Source of the DNA: Nitrosopumilus sp.
GTDB taxonomy: Archaea; Thermoproteota; Nitrososphaeria; Nitrososphaerales; Nitrosopumilaceae
DNA: 64,000 bases
Assembly (NCBI GenBank): GCA_965205215.1
Contig: OZ242041.1
Location: 1,792,001 to 1,856,000, forward strand
Direction of reading: 5' to 3'
Part shown: positions 19,980-29,018 of the stretch, one piece after another
Numbering within the stretch: position 1 is the first letter of the stretch
Layout of the letters: each line of letters opens with the position of its first letter
The notes under the pieces: generated by a model
Seen by the model: only the letters and a program-made list of their open reading frames with translations
What the model was told of the DNA's origin: nothing
Database searches by the model: none
Program-made: the position numbers and the translations under genes

Positions 19980-21470
19980 ATGAACGACGGAGATGGCGGC
20001 GGCGACGCACGTGCGGGGAACTCTTCGGATAACCGCAAAGGCAGCAGGCAGTCTGCCGGTGCGGGCGCCGGCGGGGGCGCAGTCCGCACCAATGCCAAGG
20101 CCAACAACAGGACGAGGGTCCTCTACATATCGCTTGCCGCAATATTCTCGGCATTCGTAGTAGAGCTGGTACTGGGGGTGGTGTCAAACAGCCTGGCGCT
20201 GATAACTGACAGCATACACGCGCTGCTCGACTGCATAGTCACGGCGGTGCTGCTGATTGCCACCAGAATGGCAATAAAACCGCCGGATGCAGAGCACACT
20301 TACGGGCACGGCAAGATCGAGTCCTTGGGCGGCATGATGGGCGGAATCGCCATATTTGCCATCGCGTGCTTCTTCATATACGAGTCGTTGCACCGATTCC
20401 AATCGCCGCCCCCCTCCGTACTGCCGGGCATGCTTGCAATCGCAGGCGGGCTGTACACCATAGGCGTGGACGTATTTCGCATAGTGCTGCTCAAAAGAAG
20501 CCTAAAGGCGGGGCCGGGAACGAGTCTCAGCGGCAGCACCACGGTAAAGGCCGACCTGTACCATGCGATGATGGATCTGGGATCCACCACGGTGGCCATA
20601 ATCGGAATATATCTCGCGTACACGGGCACGCACCAAGGGGACCTGGCCGCGGCGCTGATTCTCGGAGGACTGCTTGCAGTCCTCAGCGTAAAGCTGGTGC
20701 ACAGGACGGCCCTTGACCTGACTGACGTGATATCGCCGGAGATGGTCTCGAAGGTCAGGGGCGTTGCCAACGGCACGGACGGCGTGATCATGACGGGATC
20801 CGTGCTGATGCGCCGGTCAGGCGGCACCACGTTCGCGGACATCACAGTGTCGCTGCGGGGCGACTCGAGCTTTGAGCGCGCCCACGAGATCAGCGCAGGG
20901 GTGGAGCGGAACGTGGCAGAATGCATACCCGGGGACGCCTCGATAACCGTCCACTTTGAGCCCGACTGGAGCGGCGTTCCGCCCGATGCAAGGATACTCG
21001 ACATCGCAAGGCGCGTGGATGGCGTCAAGGGCGTCCACAACGTCAACACCCGCATGACGAAGGGCAAGACGTACGCGGATCTACACGTGATGGTGGACAG
21101 CGAGATGAGCCTGCAGAGGGCGCACGCGATATCAGAAGTTGTGGAGTCGGACATCAGGCGCCAGATGCCGTACATAGAGCACACCACGGTGCACTTGGAA
21201 CCGTTCACCAACATGCCGCGCAATCTAGAGGCAGAGGATGCCGCGCTCAACGAGAAGATAAGGGTGATACTGGAGGGATATCCGCAGATAAGGTCCGTGG
21301 GCAGGATAATCGCCCTGAACGACAAATCCGCGTTCAAGATAGACATAGACTGCTCCTTTGACGGCGCGCTGCCAATAGCGGAGGTTCACGGCCTCACGTC
21401 TGAGATTGAGCGCGCGATTGCAGAGGGTTTGGAGAACGCGGTAATTACGATACACCCAGAGCCCCTCTGA
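19980..21470 (+). CDS. Cation diffusion facilitator with three C-terminal dimerisation domains
   Basis: SLALITDSIHALLD, PPDAEHTYGHGKIE, ADLYHAMMD; three AH.IS..VE..HxEP repeats. Confidence 0.92.
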   Translation: MNDGDGGGDARAGNSSDNRKGSRQSAGAGAGGGAVRTNAKANNRTRVLYISLAAIFSAFVVELVLGVVSNSLALITDSIHALLDCIVTAVLLIATRMAIKPPDAEHTYGHGKIESLGGMMGGIAIFAIACFFIYESLHRFQSPPPSVLPGMLAIAGGLYTIGVDVFRIVLLKRSLKAGPGTSLSGSTTVKADLYHAMMDLGSTTVAIIGIYLAYTGTHQGDLAAALILGGLLAVLSVKLVHRTALDLTDVISPEMVSKVRGVANGTDGVIMTGSVLMRRSGGTTFADITVSLRGDSSFERAHEISAGVERNVAECIPGDASITVHFEPDWSGVPPDARILDIARRVDGVKGVHNVNTRMTKGKTYADLHVMVDSEMSLQRAHAISEVVESDIRRQMPYIEHTTVHLEPFTNMPRNLEAEDAALNEKIRVILEGYPQIRSVGRIIALNDKSAFKIDIDCSFDGALPIAEVHGLTSEIERAIAEGLENAVITIHPEPL

Positions 21471-21650
21471 CCGGCGGCCGCACATCGCGGCGCGCGCAGT
21501 CGGCGACCCGGCCGTCATGACGCGGGGATTGCCGCAGGTGCCTGCTTCTGCCCCGGGAGGAGGGGGGGGAGGAATGGGGATAACCGCAGGGGCGCGGGCA
21601 CGGCCGGCTCTGCCGCACGCGGGCCGGGCGCGTGTCTCACGTGCTCCGAA

Positions 21651-22955
21651 CTACACCAGGATGCTGGTCACGTACATGATCAGCATGCCGACCACAATTC
21701 CCGCAGCAAACGGGGCGCTGGACAGGCCGCTGCCGCCGCCGGATGCGCCGCTGCCGTTACTGCCGTTCGCGGGGCTGTCGCCCCTGCCAATCCACCTCAC
21801 AAGCACCACCATGACCTGGAATATGGCCCCCGCTCCCACGCCCAGAAATACCACCGAGGCGATGGGCGAATACGCAAATCCCCCCACCCATCCGCCAAAT
21901 ATGGCGGGGGCGCCCGCCAGCACTCCTAGGCCCGCAAGCTTCCAGACCGCGACGCGCTCCCTTGAGAGCGGGGCGGCTATCGCCACGCCTTCCGTCACGT
22001 TGTGTATTGCAAACCCCACAATCAGAAACGAGCTGAACGCGACAGAGCCCAGCCCGACGGCCGCCCCTATCGCAAGCCCCTCGCCAAAGTTGTGCAGTCC
22101 GATTCCTATCGATATCATCAGGGCTATGGCCACGGGGCCCGCAAGCCGCGTGGAGGTACCGCTGCCGGTGCGGCCGTCTCCTCCCCCGGCACGGCCGCCG
22201 CCGCCCCCAATACCGCGACTGCCAGAGAGCCTCTCGCTGGCATAGAACAGCCCCAGGAACGACACCACGACGGAGGTGGCAAGCAGCATCAGCCCGTTAA
22301 AGCTGCCGGCGAGGTTCTCCTGCGACACGTCCACCGCCTCCTCCACCGAGTCGAGCGCCAGAAAGAACAGGAGCCCCACAGTCACGGCCAGAAAGAAGAC
22401 GTAGACCTGCCGGCCCATGCGGCGCATGAACGGCAGCCACAGGAGCCCGATCAGTACCGGGATCACCCCCACGTACGTCCCTATCACGGCAAAAAAGGCG
22501 GCCAGCTCGCCGGAGGGCCTCAGGGCAGGGGCGGCCGACTCGACCTCCCGCTCAAAGCGCGTCCCGTCATCGGTGGTGATGCCTATCGTATACGGCTCGG
22601 CCACGTTCCAGTCAAACGGTATGCGCACCACCGCGGTCTCGTACCTCTCAAGGTGCGCATCGGGCTCCACCGCGGCCGGGTGTATCCTGTCGTTGACGTC
22701 GGCCACTGCTATGGAGACGGGTATGGGGCCCGTGTTACGCACGGTCGCAAGAATCTCCGAGCCGACAAAGTCCACGCGCTCTATGGTGACTTCCGGCAAC
22801 GGCACGCCGACTTCGAGCATCGTGGAGCCGGGGCCTGACACGTAAAGCACCAATACAACGACGAGTGCCAGCGGAGCCGCCCCGCTTGCCACGACACGGA
22901 AACGCCCCGCGCCGCTTCCGCGCCCGGACAGGCCGCGGCCCTGCTCATGCGCCAT
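21651..22955 (-). CDS. ZIP-family divalent metal transporter with N-terminal extracellular domain
   Basis: IGLHNFGEGLAIG and FAIHNVTEG; multiple TM helices; overlaps the MCO stop. Start estimated. Confidence 0.88.
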   Translation of the reverse strand: MAHEQGRGLSGRGSGAGRFRVVASGAAPLALVVVLVLYVSGPGSTMLEVGVPLPEVTIERVDFVGSEILATVRNTGPIPVSIAVADVNDRIHPAAVEPDAHLERYETAVVRIPFDWNVAEPYTIGITTDDGTRFEREVESAAPALRPSGELAAFFAVIGTYVGVIPVLIGLLWLPFMRRMGRQVYVFFLAVTVGLLFFLALDSVEEAVDVSQENLAGSFNGLMLLATSVVVSFLGLFYASERLSGSRGIGGGGGRAGGGDGRTGSGTSTRLAGPVAIALMISIGIGLHNFGEGLAIGAAVGLGSVAFSSFLIVGFAIHNVTEGVAIAAPLSRERVAVWKLAGLGVLAGAPAIFGGWVGGFAYSPIASVVFLGVGAGAIFQVMVVLVRWIGRGDSPANGSNGSGASGGGSGLSSAPFAAGIVVGMLIMYVTSILV

Positions 22956-24129
22956 CGGGCGCCCCCTGTCCGTCATATGCGGCGTCGGCGGCAGGACCGG
23001 CCGCGCCTTGGGCCGGTTCCCCGGCCGCGCCGAGGGATCCCCCGGTGGCCGCATACCCGTCACTGCCGTCGCCGTTATAATCACCATCGCCTCCGGGCCC
23101 CGGATCCTTGACCAGGAACACCCCGACCCATCCCTTCTCGGAGAACTCGACCTTGTGCGCGTGGAACAGGAACTTGCCCGTATGCTCGTACGTGAACTCC
23201 ATTATGCCGCGCTCCGTCTGCGACATTGTGATCATGTCGGTGTAGAACGACGTAGACCGGTCCGTTCCGGTCGGATAGTAATAGAACAGGTTCCCGTGCA
23301 GGTGGAAGTTGTTTATCGGGTCAAACTCCACCATGTTGACCACGTATACGCGTATCAGCTGGTCCCTCTCTATCTGTATCGGGTGGTGCTGGTAGTAAAA
23401 CGGCACGGTATTGGCCGCGTAAAAGTTGTTCTCCGCGTCAAAGTCCGTGTCAAACCCGTTCAGCACCATGACCATCTCGTCTGCCGGGGCCCTGCCCTCC
23501 TTCGGGTCCACTATAAACACGCCGTACAGGCCGTGTATAATGTGCTCCTCAAGCGGCATGATGTGGCAGTGGTACGGATGGACGCCCACGGGCGCCGCCT
23601 CAAACTCGTATGTGAACTGTCCGCCCCCGCCCCCGACGGGCTCAAAGACCCCGTCCATTATGGCCGGATGTATCCCGTGAAAGTGCATCGTGTGCGGCTT
23701 TGTGCCGTTGTTGACGAACGTTATGCGCACCAGATCGCCCTCCGTGGCGCGTATGGTAGGGCCCGGCACGGTTCCGTTGAACGTCCACACGTTGTAGAAC
23801 ACCCCGGGCGCGATCTCCTGTACGAGATCATCCTCGGCCACTATGACGTACTCGCGTACGGTCTGGCCCGTCTCGCTGTCCACAGATACGCTGCCGTACT
23901 CAAAGTTGCGCAGGTACTCGTCGGGGTCAAACTCCACCTCTGATATCTGGTATACTGGATCAAGCACCTCGCCGGTGGTCGTGATTACCGCGCCCGTATG
24001 GGTAACAAAGGTCTGCGGCGGCCGCTGGGCTTCCGTATACACGTCGGATATTGCCGACGCGGACAGCACGGCAATGGCGGATGCCGCGGCCAGCGCCAAT
24101 ATTACAGCCCGGGGGCTCCCAGTTGCCAT
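22945..24129 (-). CDS. Two-domain multicopper oxidase (T1 Cu site in domain 1)
   Basis: WTFNGTVPGP, PHTMHFHG, YHCHIMPLEEHIIHGLYG, NFHLHGN, FHAH; signal peptide. Confidence 0.9.
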   Translation of the reverse strand: MATGSPRAVILALAAASAIAVLSASAISDVYTEAQRPPQTFVTHTGAVITTTGEVLDPVYQISEVEFDPDEYLRNFEYGSVSVDSETGQTVREYVIVAEDDLVQEIAPGVFYNVWTFNGTVPGPTIRATEGDLVRITFVNNGTKPHTMHFHGIHPAIMDGVFEPVGGGGGQFTYEFEAAPVGVHPYHCHIMPLEEHIIHGLYGVFIVDPKEGRAPADEMVMVLNGFDTDFDAENNFYAANTVPFYYQHHPIQIERDQLIRVYVVNMVEFDPINNFHLHGNLFYYYPTGTDRSTSFYTDMITMSQTERGIMEFTYEHTGKFLFHAHKVEFSEKGWVGVFLVKDPGPGGDGDYNGDGSDGYAATGGSLGAAGEPAQGAAGPAADAAYDGQGAPDGA

Positions 24130-24160
24130 GACGTATATGCCTGTGACGTTTATTTAAATT

Positions 24161-24192
24161 TAATCAGAGCTAATTTGTTTAGTGCAGCCTAA
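24161..24192. promoter_or_regulatory. Putative tandem metalloregulator boxes upstream of MCO-ZIP
   Basis: TAATCAGAGCTAA and TTAGTGCAGCCTAA adjacent to the TATA box (24151-24158); match the boxes upstream of sufB. Confidence 0.5.
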
Positions 24193-24240
24193 CTTTTGGG
24201 CCTCGTGCAGGTTTTTAAGTCGACATGCCAGACAGGCAGC

Positions 24241-24792
24241 GTGAACAAGATATCGGTTGCAATGGCAGGCTCGGGCGGGGCCGTTGCGCTGGGGCTCGTA
24301 CTGATGGCCCTCGGCACGCAGGCGGTACTGGAGGACGTGGTGCAGGGCAGCAGCACGATAAGCGCGGCGACGCCACCGTTGGAGATCGAGTTTGTGGTAG
24401 GGTATGACGATGACGACGGTGATGACGGCGGAGAGCGGATGGGCGTGTTTGCAGTACAGGTGCTCGACGCGCCGGAGGGAAGCGAGGTGTCGGCAACGGT
24501 CTTGGACCCGCTCGGTGCAGAAGTTGCGTCCGTTTCACGCATAGCCGAAGAGCCCGGGGGCAGCGTCGAGGGCAGGTTCGGCGCCGAGGTGGAGGGCACG
24601 TACAGCCTCATCATACGTAACGCAGGGCAGGACGGCGTCCTCACGTTCGGGGCAATCGGCCCCCTGCCGGACGCGTCATCAAAGGCGTTGGCATTCATAC
24701 CGTTCTACATGCTGCTCGCAGGCATAATGGGAATGGCAGGACTGGGCATATACTGGGCCACCAACATTAGAAGGCGGAGAAATCTCAGTTGA
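24241..24792 (+). CDS. Membrane protein with N- and C-terminal TM helices
   Basis: TM, then a beta domain (GTYSLIIRN), then TM; GTG start after TTTTTAAG. Confidence 0.72.
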   Translation: MNKISVAMAGSGGAVALGLVLMALGTQAVLEDVVQGSSTISAATPPLEIEFVVGYDDDDGDDGGERMGVFAVQVLDAPEGSEVSATVLDPLGAEVASVSRIAEEPGGSVEGRFGAEVEGTYSLIIRNAGQDGVLTFGAIGPLPDASSKALAFIPFYMLLAGIMGMAGLGIYWATNIRRRRNLS

Positions 24793-25099
24793 GATAACTG
24801 TCCATCTTCTCGAGCCCCTCGACCGCGGCGCCAAAACCGTCACCGTCCTCGACCAGCTCAGAGAGTTTTTCAGAGTCGGCCTCCAGCGTGACGCGGCCCG
24901 AGTCGTCCGTGCCGCGTACGACGAATCCGCACTCTATGAGGTATCCGAGTCGCGTCAGCACGTCCTCTTCGGAGGAGGACGATGCGTCGGCAAGGTGCCG
25001 GCAGGTCTTGGCCCCGTCCTCGAGTTCCGCAAGCATTGCAGACGCGGCGGGGTCAAACATGCACTCTACCGCCCTGTCCCTGTCATATGCGGGCTCCAT
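24785..25099 (-). CDS. Small winged-helix (ArsR-like) protein
   Basis: FDP..SAMLAELEDGAKT..LA....SEEDV..RL.YLIECGFV; start estimated (ORF is open to 25177). Confidence 0.6.
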   Translation of the reverse strand: MEPAYDRDRAVECMFDPAASAMLAELEDGAKTCRHLADASSSSEEDVLTRLGYLIECGFVVRGTDDSGRVTLEADSEKLSELVEDGDGFGAAVEGLEKMDSYLN

Positions 25100-25211
25100 A
25101 CGTGTCGGGAGTTGCGTGCCGTTATAATCCTTCGGCGCGCGTGCGGCGTTTGTAGGGGACGCGGACCCGGGCTCCAAAGCGGTTAAAAATCAAGTTACAT
25201 GCTAGATAACC

Positions 25212-25364
25212 ATGCAGCCCATGTGCAGGGGGGACAAGTCAGGCAGGGGGGAGCACTGTTACTGCAAGGAGGTAGACCAGCAGAGGGGCGTCAGGAAATG
25301 CTGCAGGTGCGGCATGTGGAACGTGCACGGAAGGGACTGGACCAGCACGGAGGACTACAGGTGA
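25212..25364 (+). CDS. 50-aa Cys-rich microprotein (putative zinc finger)
   Basis: [50 protein letters not shown]; GTTAAAAA box about 25 nt upstream; too short for the ORF track. Confidence 0.65.
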   Translation: MQPMCRGDKSGRGEHCYCKEVDQQRGVRKCCRCGMWNVHGRDWTSTEDYR

Positions 25365-25440
25365 GCAGTCGCCGATCCCGGCCCGGCATCATCCGACTTT
25401 TCTGCCCTTCTGTCTTCTCTTTCCTACCCGCTCGCCCTCC

Positions 25441-25528
25441 GTCCGTCCGTCCACTGTCCGTCCGTCCACTGTCCGTCCGTCCACTGTCCGTCCGTCCACT
25501 GTCCGTCCGTCCACTGTCCGTCCGTCCA
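25441..25528. repeat. 15-bp tandem repeat GTCCGTCCGTCCACT
   Basis: Five perfect copies plus a 13-nt partial copy; no spacers. Confidence 0.95.
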
Positions 25529-25620
25529 TCCACCTCCCCCGCCTGCTGCCGACCCGGAGGCTGCGCCGCAAAGCGCGCCTTTGCATGGTTTTTATCGGGG
25601 ATTTTCCGCATTTTTCATAC

Positions 25621-26226
25621 TTGAGCAGCAGCACCAGTACCCAGGAATACAGGCACATAGTAAGGATCCTAGGAAACGACATACCGGGCGAGAAGAAGCT
25701 GCTCATCGGCCTGACCCAGATCAAGGGAATAGGATACAACTTTGCGACTGCCATTCTTGACACACTAAAGATAAGTCCCGACCTGAACGTGGGCGACATT
25801 ACGGATGCAAACGTCCAAGACATAGAGAGGACAATAGCGGATCCGGCGGGGGCAGGCTTTCCAAGGTGGTTTCTCAACAGGCAAAAGGACATAGAGACGG
25901 GCCAAGACAAGCACCTGCTGACGTCCGACATACCGTTTACTCTCCGCAACGACATAGAGAGGGAGAGAATCACTGCCAGCTGGAGGGGATACAGGCACCT
26001 GAGCGGCCTAAAGGTCAGGGGCCAGCGCACCAGGACCTCCGGCAGGAGAGGTGGCGCGGTAGGCGTCGCAAAGGGCGGCGGTGCGGCAGCTGTCCCGGCA
26101 AAGAAGAGTTCAGGTGGCGGAGGCCCGGCGGCGCCTCATAGTCCGACCGGCGCTACTGCTGCAGCGGCAACGGCACCCGCGCCCGCGGCGGACGCCAAAC
26201 CCGAAGAGAGCGAGAAAAAGGAATAG
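25621..26226 (+). CDS. rps13: 30S ribosomal protein uS13
   Basis: [42 protein letters not shown]; TTG start inferred; Ala-rich tail. Confidence 0.95.
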   Translation: MSSSTSTQEYRHIVRILGNDIPGEKKLLIGLTQIKGIGYNFATAILDTLKISPDLNVGDITDANVQDIERTIADPAGAGFPRWFLNRQKDIETGQDKHLLTSDIPFTLRNDIERERITASWRGYRHLSGLKVRGQRTRTSGRRGGAVGVAKGGGAAAVPAKKSSGGGGPAAPHSPTGATAAAATAPAPAADAKPEESEKKE

Positions 26227-26235
26227 TGACATAGC

Positions 26236-26964
26236 ATGGGCGATCCAAAATATCCGCGTCGGGCATGGAGAAAGCCAAAGAGGCCGCTCAACTACGATCT
26301 AAAGATGGACGAGCTCAAGACGCTCGGTACGTTTGGGCTGCGCACAAAGCGCGAGTTGTGGAAGGCGCACACAGAACTGTCGCGCGTAAGACATCAGGCG
26401 AGATCACTCTTGGCCCTGAGGGCGGAAGACAGATCTAAAAGGGAGCCCATACTGATGAGGTCACTTGCCAGAATAGGGCTTGTGAGTCCGGACGCGACGC
26501 TCGATGACGTGCTGAACCTCAAGGTAAGCGACCTGCTTGCAAGGAGGTTCCAGACCATCGTCACCAAAAAGTTCGAGTTCAAGACCCCGTACCAGGCAAG
26601 GCAGGCGGTGGTGCACGGGCACATGATGATAGGGGAGAGAAGGATAAACATTCCGTCGTATGTCGTAACAGTGGAGGAAGAGGACAGCATCAGGTTTGCA
26701 GCAGAGTCAAAGATTCCAGAGAGGCTCAAGAAAAAGCAGCAGGACGGCGAGGGCGGCGACAACGAGGAGGCGGATCATGAGATGGCCGGCAGCGATGCGA
26801 CAGAGGCAGAAGGGAAGCAGCAGGATGCCCAAGAGGAGCAGCAGGCTCAAAATGATGACAACGATGCGGGCAAGGAACAGGATGCCACGGACGATGGGGG
26901 GCAGAATGTAAAGACCGTACCGGCATCAGAGAATGCGTCCGCAGAATCATCATCACCGCCATAA
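26236..26964 (+). CDS. rps4: 30S ribosomal protein uS4
   Basis: MGDPK, FGLRTKRELW, LDDVLNL, RRFQT, QARQAVVHGH, IPSYVV; long acidic tail. Confidence 0.95.
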   Translation: MGDPKYPRRAWRKPKRPLNYDLKMDELKTLGTFGLRTKRELWKAHTELSRVRHQARSLLALRAEDRSKREPILMRSLARIGLVSPDATLDDVLNLKVSDLLARRFQTIVTKKFEFKTPYQARQAVVHGHMMIGERRINIPSYVVTVEEEDSIRFAAESKIPERLKKKQQDGEGGDNEEADHEMAGSDATEAEGKQQDAQEEQQAQNDDNDAGKEQDATDDGGQNVKTVPASENASAESSSPP

Positions 26965-27110
26965 CCGCCACCAACCCATGTTACAGAAGAATTCATCAAG
27001 AATCCATCTTGAAGGGTCGCGACCGGATCCTTGAAACGACATATGCACGCAGGGCATGTCTACCTGCATCGGAAATGTTATAAATTGACAATCAACTGAT
27101 CTCATTACGA

Positions 27111-28655
27111 ATGGTACTAACGCTACTTGGTACAACCCGCGTCGCGGCGGCGGTGCTGGTACTGGCTGCAGTCGCAGCGACGGTGGCGGCGGCGGGCGCA
27201 CCGCACCACCAAGAGGCCCACGCCTCGTCCGCGCCGTTCCAGTACGCCCAGAGCACCGTCAAGATCCACAACGGCAGCATACCCGCACTGGCGCTCAATG
27301 ACCACGACGCGTTCGGCGGCAGTGTGGACTTTGTGGGCGACTTGGACGACGACGGGGTGCCTGACCTCATAGTTGGAGCCAGTGGCGACGACTCGCACGC
27401 CGAGAACTCCGGGGCCGCGTACCTGCTGTTCATGAATGCCGACGGCACCGCAAAAAGCGCCGTCAAGATCACCGGCGCCGACGTGCCGTCCCTGAGGGCC
27501 GGAGACTACTTTGGAGCCGGAGTGGCCGGCATAGGCGATGTGAACGGCGACGGAGTGCCAGACGTGGCCGTCGGCGCAGACGGGGATGATGCGGGCGGAA
27601 CCGACGCCGGTGCCGTGCACGTACTCTTCCTTGACCGCAGTGGCACGGTGCTCTCGTCGGCGGAGCTCAACCCGGACACCATGCCCGGGCTGTCGGCCAG
27701 ACAGTACGAGTACTTTGGGTTCAGAGTGGCCGGCATAGGCGACTTGGATGACGACGGGGTGCCAGATCTGGCCGTCGGCAGATACTCGGCGCACGGCTCC
27801 CTGCTGTTTCTGAACCTGCCGTTTAACTATACAGAGACCGTCGGCGAGCGACTGGAGGCCTACCCCGATGAGGAGTTCTACGGATTGGTGGACATCATAT
27901 TCATGAACGCCGACGGCACGGCCAAAGGGTCCGCAAGCATAGGGCACGGTACGGCCAACGCGCCCGGCCTCGAACCGGGACACTTCTTTGGAACCGCCGT
28001 GGCCGGAATTGGTGATTTTGACGGCGACGGGGTGCCCGACCTGGCCGTCGGCTCGGACTCCACGGACCTGACATACGCCAATATGTGCCGCGACTCCGGC
28101 TCGTCCAGCCTTACCGTACTGAATACGGGATCCATGCACGTACTGATGATGAACAGGGACGGGTCGGTAAAGGGCAGCTTTACCATAGACGGCGCGACTG
28201 AGAACGGGCCCGTCCTGAACGAGTTCGAGTTCTTCGGGATAGGAGTGTCGGCTATCGGCGATCTGGACGGGGACGGAGTGACCGAGCTGGCCGGCGGCGC
28301 CAACCGCGGCGACGGCGGCGGACTCGACAGGGGCGAGGTACACGTCATGTACATGAACGGAGACGGCTCCATAAAGGCGACGCAGACGCTCGACGACCTG
28401 GCCCCCAACGGACCCTCCCTTGATGACTATAACTTCTTCGGTTTCTCGATATCCTCCAGCGCCGACGTGAACGGGGACGGCAGGCCCGACATTGTGGTAG
28501 GCGCGTACCTAGACAACATAAGTGGGCTGCACGACCAGACCGTTGAGGAGGCCGACACGCTGACCCCCGAGGAGCGCGAGGCCGTCTCAGGCGAGGTATC
28601 CGAGAGGTCGGCAGAACCTGCCTTCGGCGCCGTACACGTCATACTGACAAGGTGA
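27111..28655 (+). CDS. Secreted FG-GAP / integrin-alpha-like repeat protein
   Basis: Signal peptide; six FG...GDxDxDGxxDLxVG..GAV-type repeats. Confidence 0.88.
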   Translation: MVLTLLGTTRVAAAVLVLAAVAATVAAAGAPHHQEAHASSAPFQYAQSTVKIHNGSIPALALNDHDAFGGSVDFVGDLDDDGVPDLIVGASGDDSHAENSGAAYLLFMNADGTAKSAVKITGADVPSLRAGDYFGAGVAGIGDVNGDGVPDVAVGADGDDAGGTDAGAVHVLFLDRSGTVLSSAELNPDTMPGLSARQYEYFGFRVAGIGDLDDDGVPDLAVGRYSAHGSLLFLNLPFNYTETVGERLEAYPDEEFYGLVDIIFMNADGTAKGSASIGHGTANAPGLEPGHFFGTAVAGIGDFDGDGVPDLAVGSDSTDLTYANMCRDSGSSSLTVLNTGSMHVLMMNRDGSVKGSFTIDGATENGPVLNEFEFFGIGVSAIGDLDGDGVTELAGGANRGDGGGLDRGEVHVMYMNGDGSIKATQTLDDLAPNGPSLDDYNFFGFSISSSADVNGDGRPDIVVGAYLDNISGLHDQTVEEADTLTPEEREAVSGEVSERSAEPAFGAVHVILTR

Positions 28656-29018
28656 CCGCCAAGGCCGGATGCCGCCTGACGGACGCGGCCCAAGGGAGAA
28701 AATACCTGCGCTTATGGCCAGCCACATCGCAAAGCGGTTCAAGGGCCTGTCGCGGCGCAGGAAAAGTCCGACACGTCCATCGCGGCCAAGGTACGGGGCA
28801 GCGGCGGCGGCACAAAACCCGAGGCGCGCATGCCTTGCCAGTTGCATCAATCCCTCTACTCCCTTTTCTCATCTCCCCTCCCCTGCACCTCTTGGCAAAC
28901 AAAGCAAGGATAGGCACCGTTTTTTTAGCACAGTCATTCCTGCCGACTGGACTAATGCCGAAGGGCTGGAAAAGAGTAAGCTTTTATCGCAAACCCGGCC
29001 CCCGCGGATCTGTTTGAG

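Noticed and set aside
22945-24129. Calling the copper protein NirK
   Set aside because: HxH pairs in both domains (HFH, HCH, HLH, HAH) fit a trinuclear-cluster two-domain MCO.
25441-25528. CRISPR array
   Set aside because: Contiguous 15-bp units without spacers, and no cas genes.
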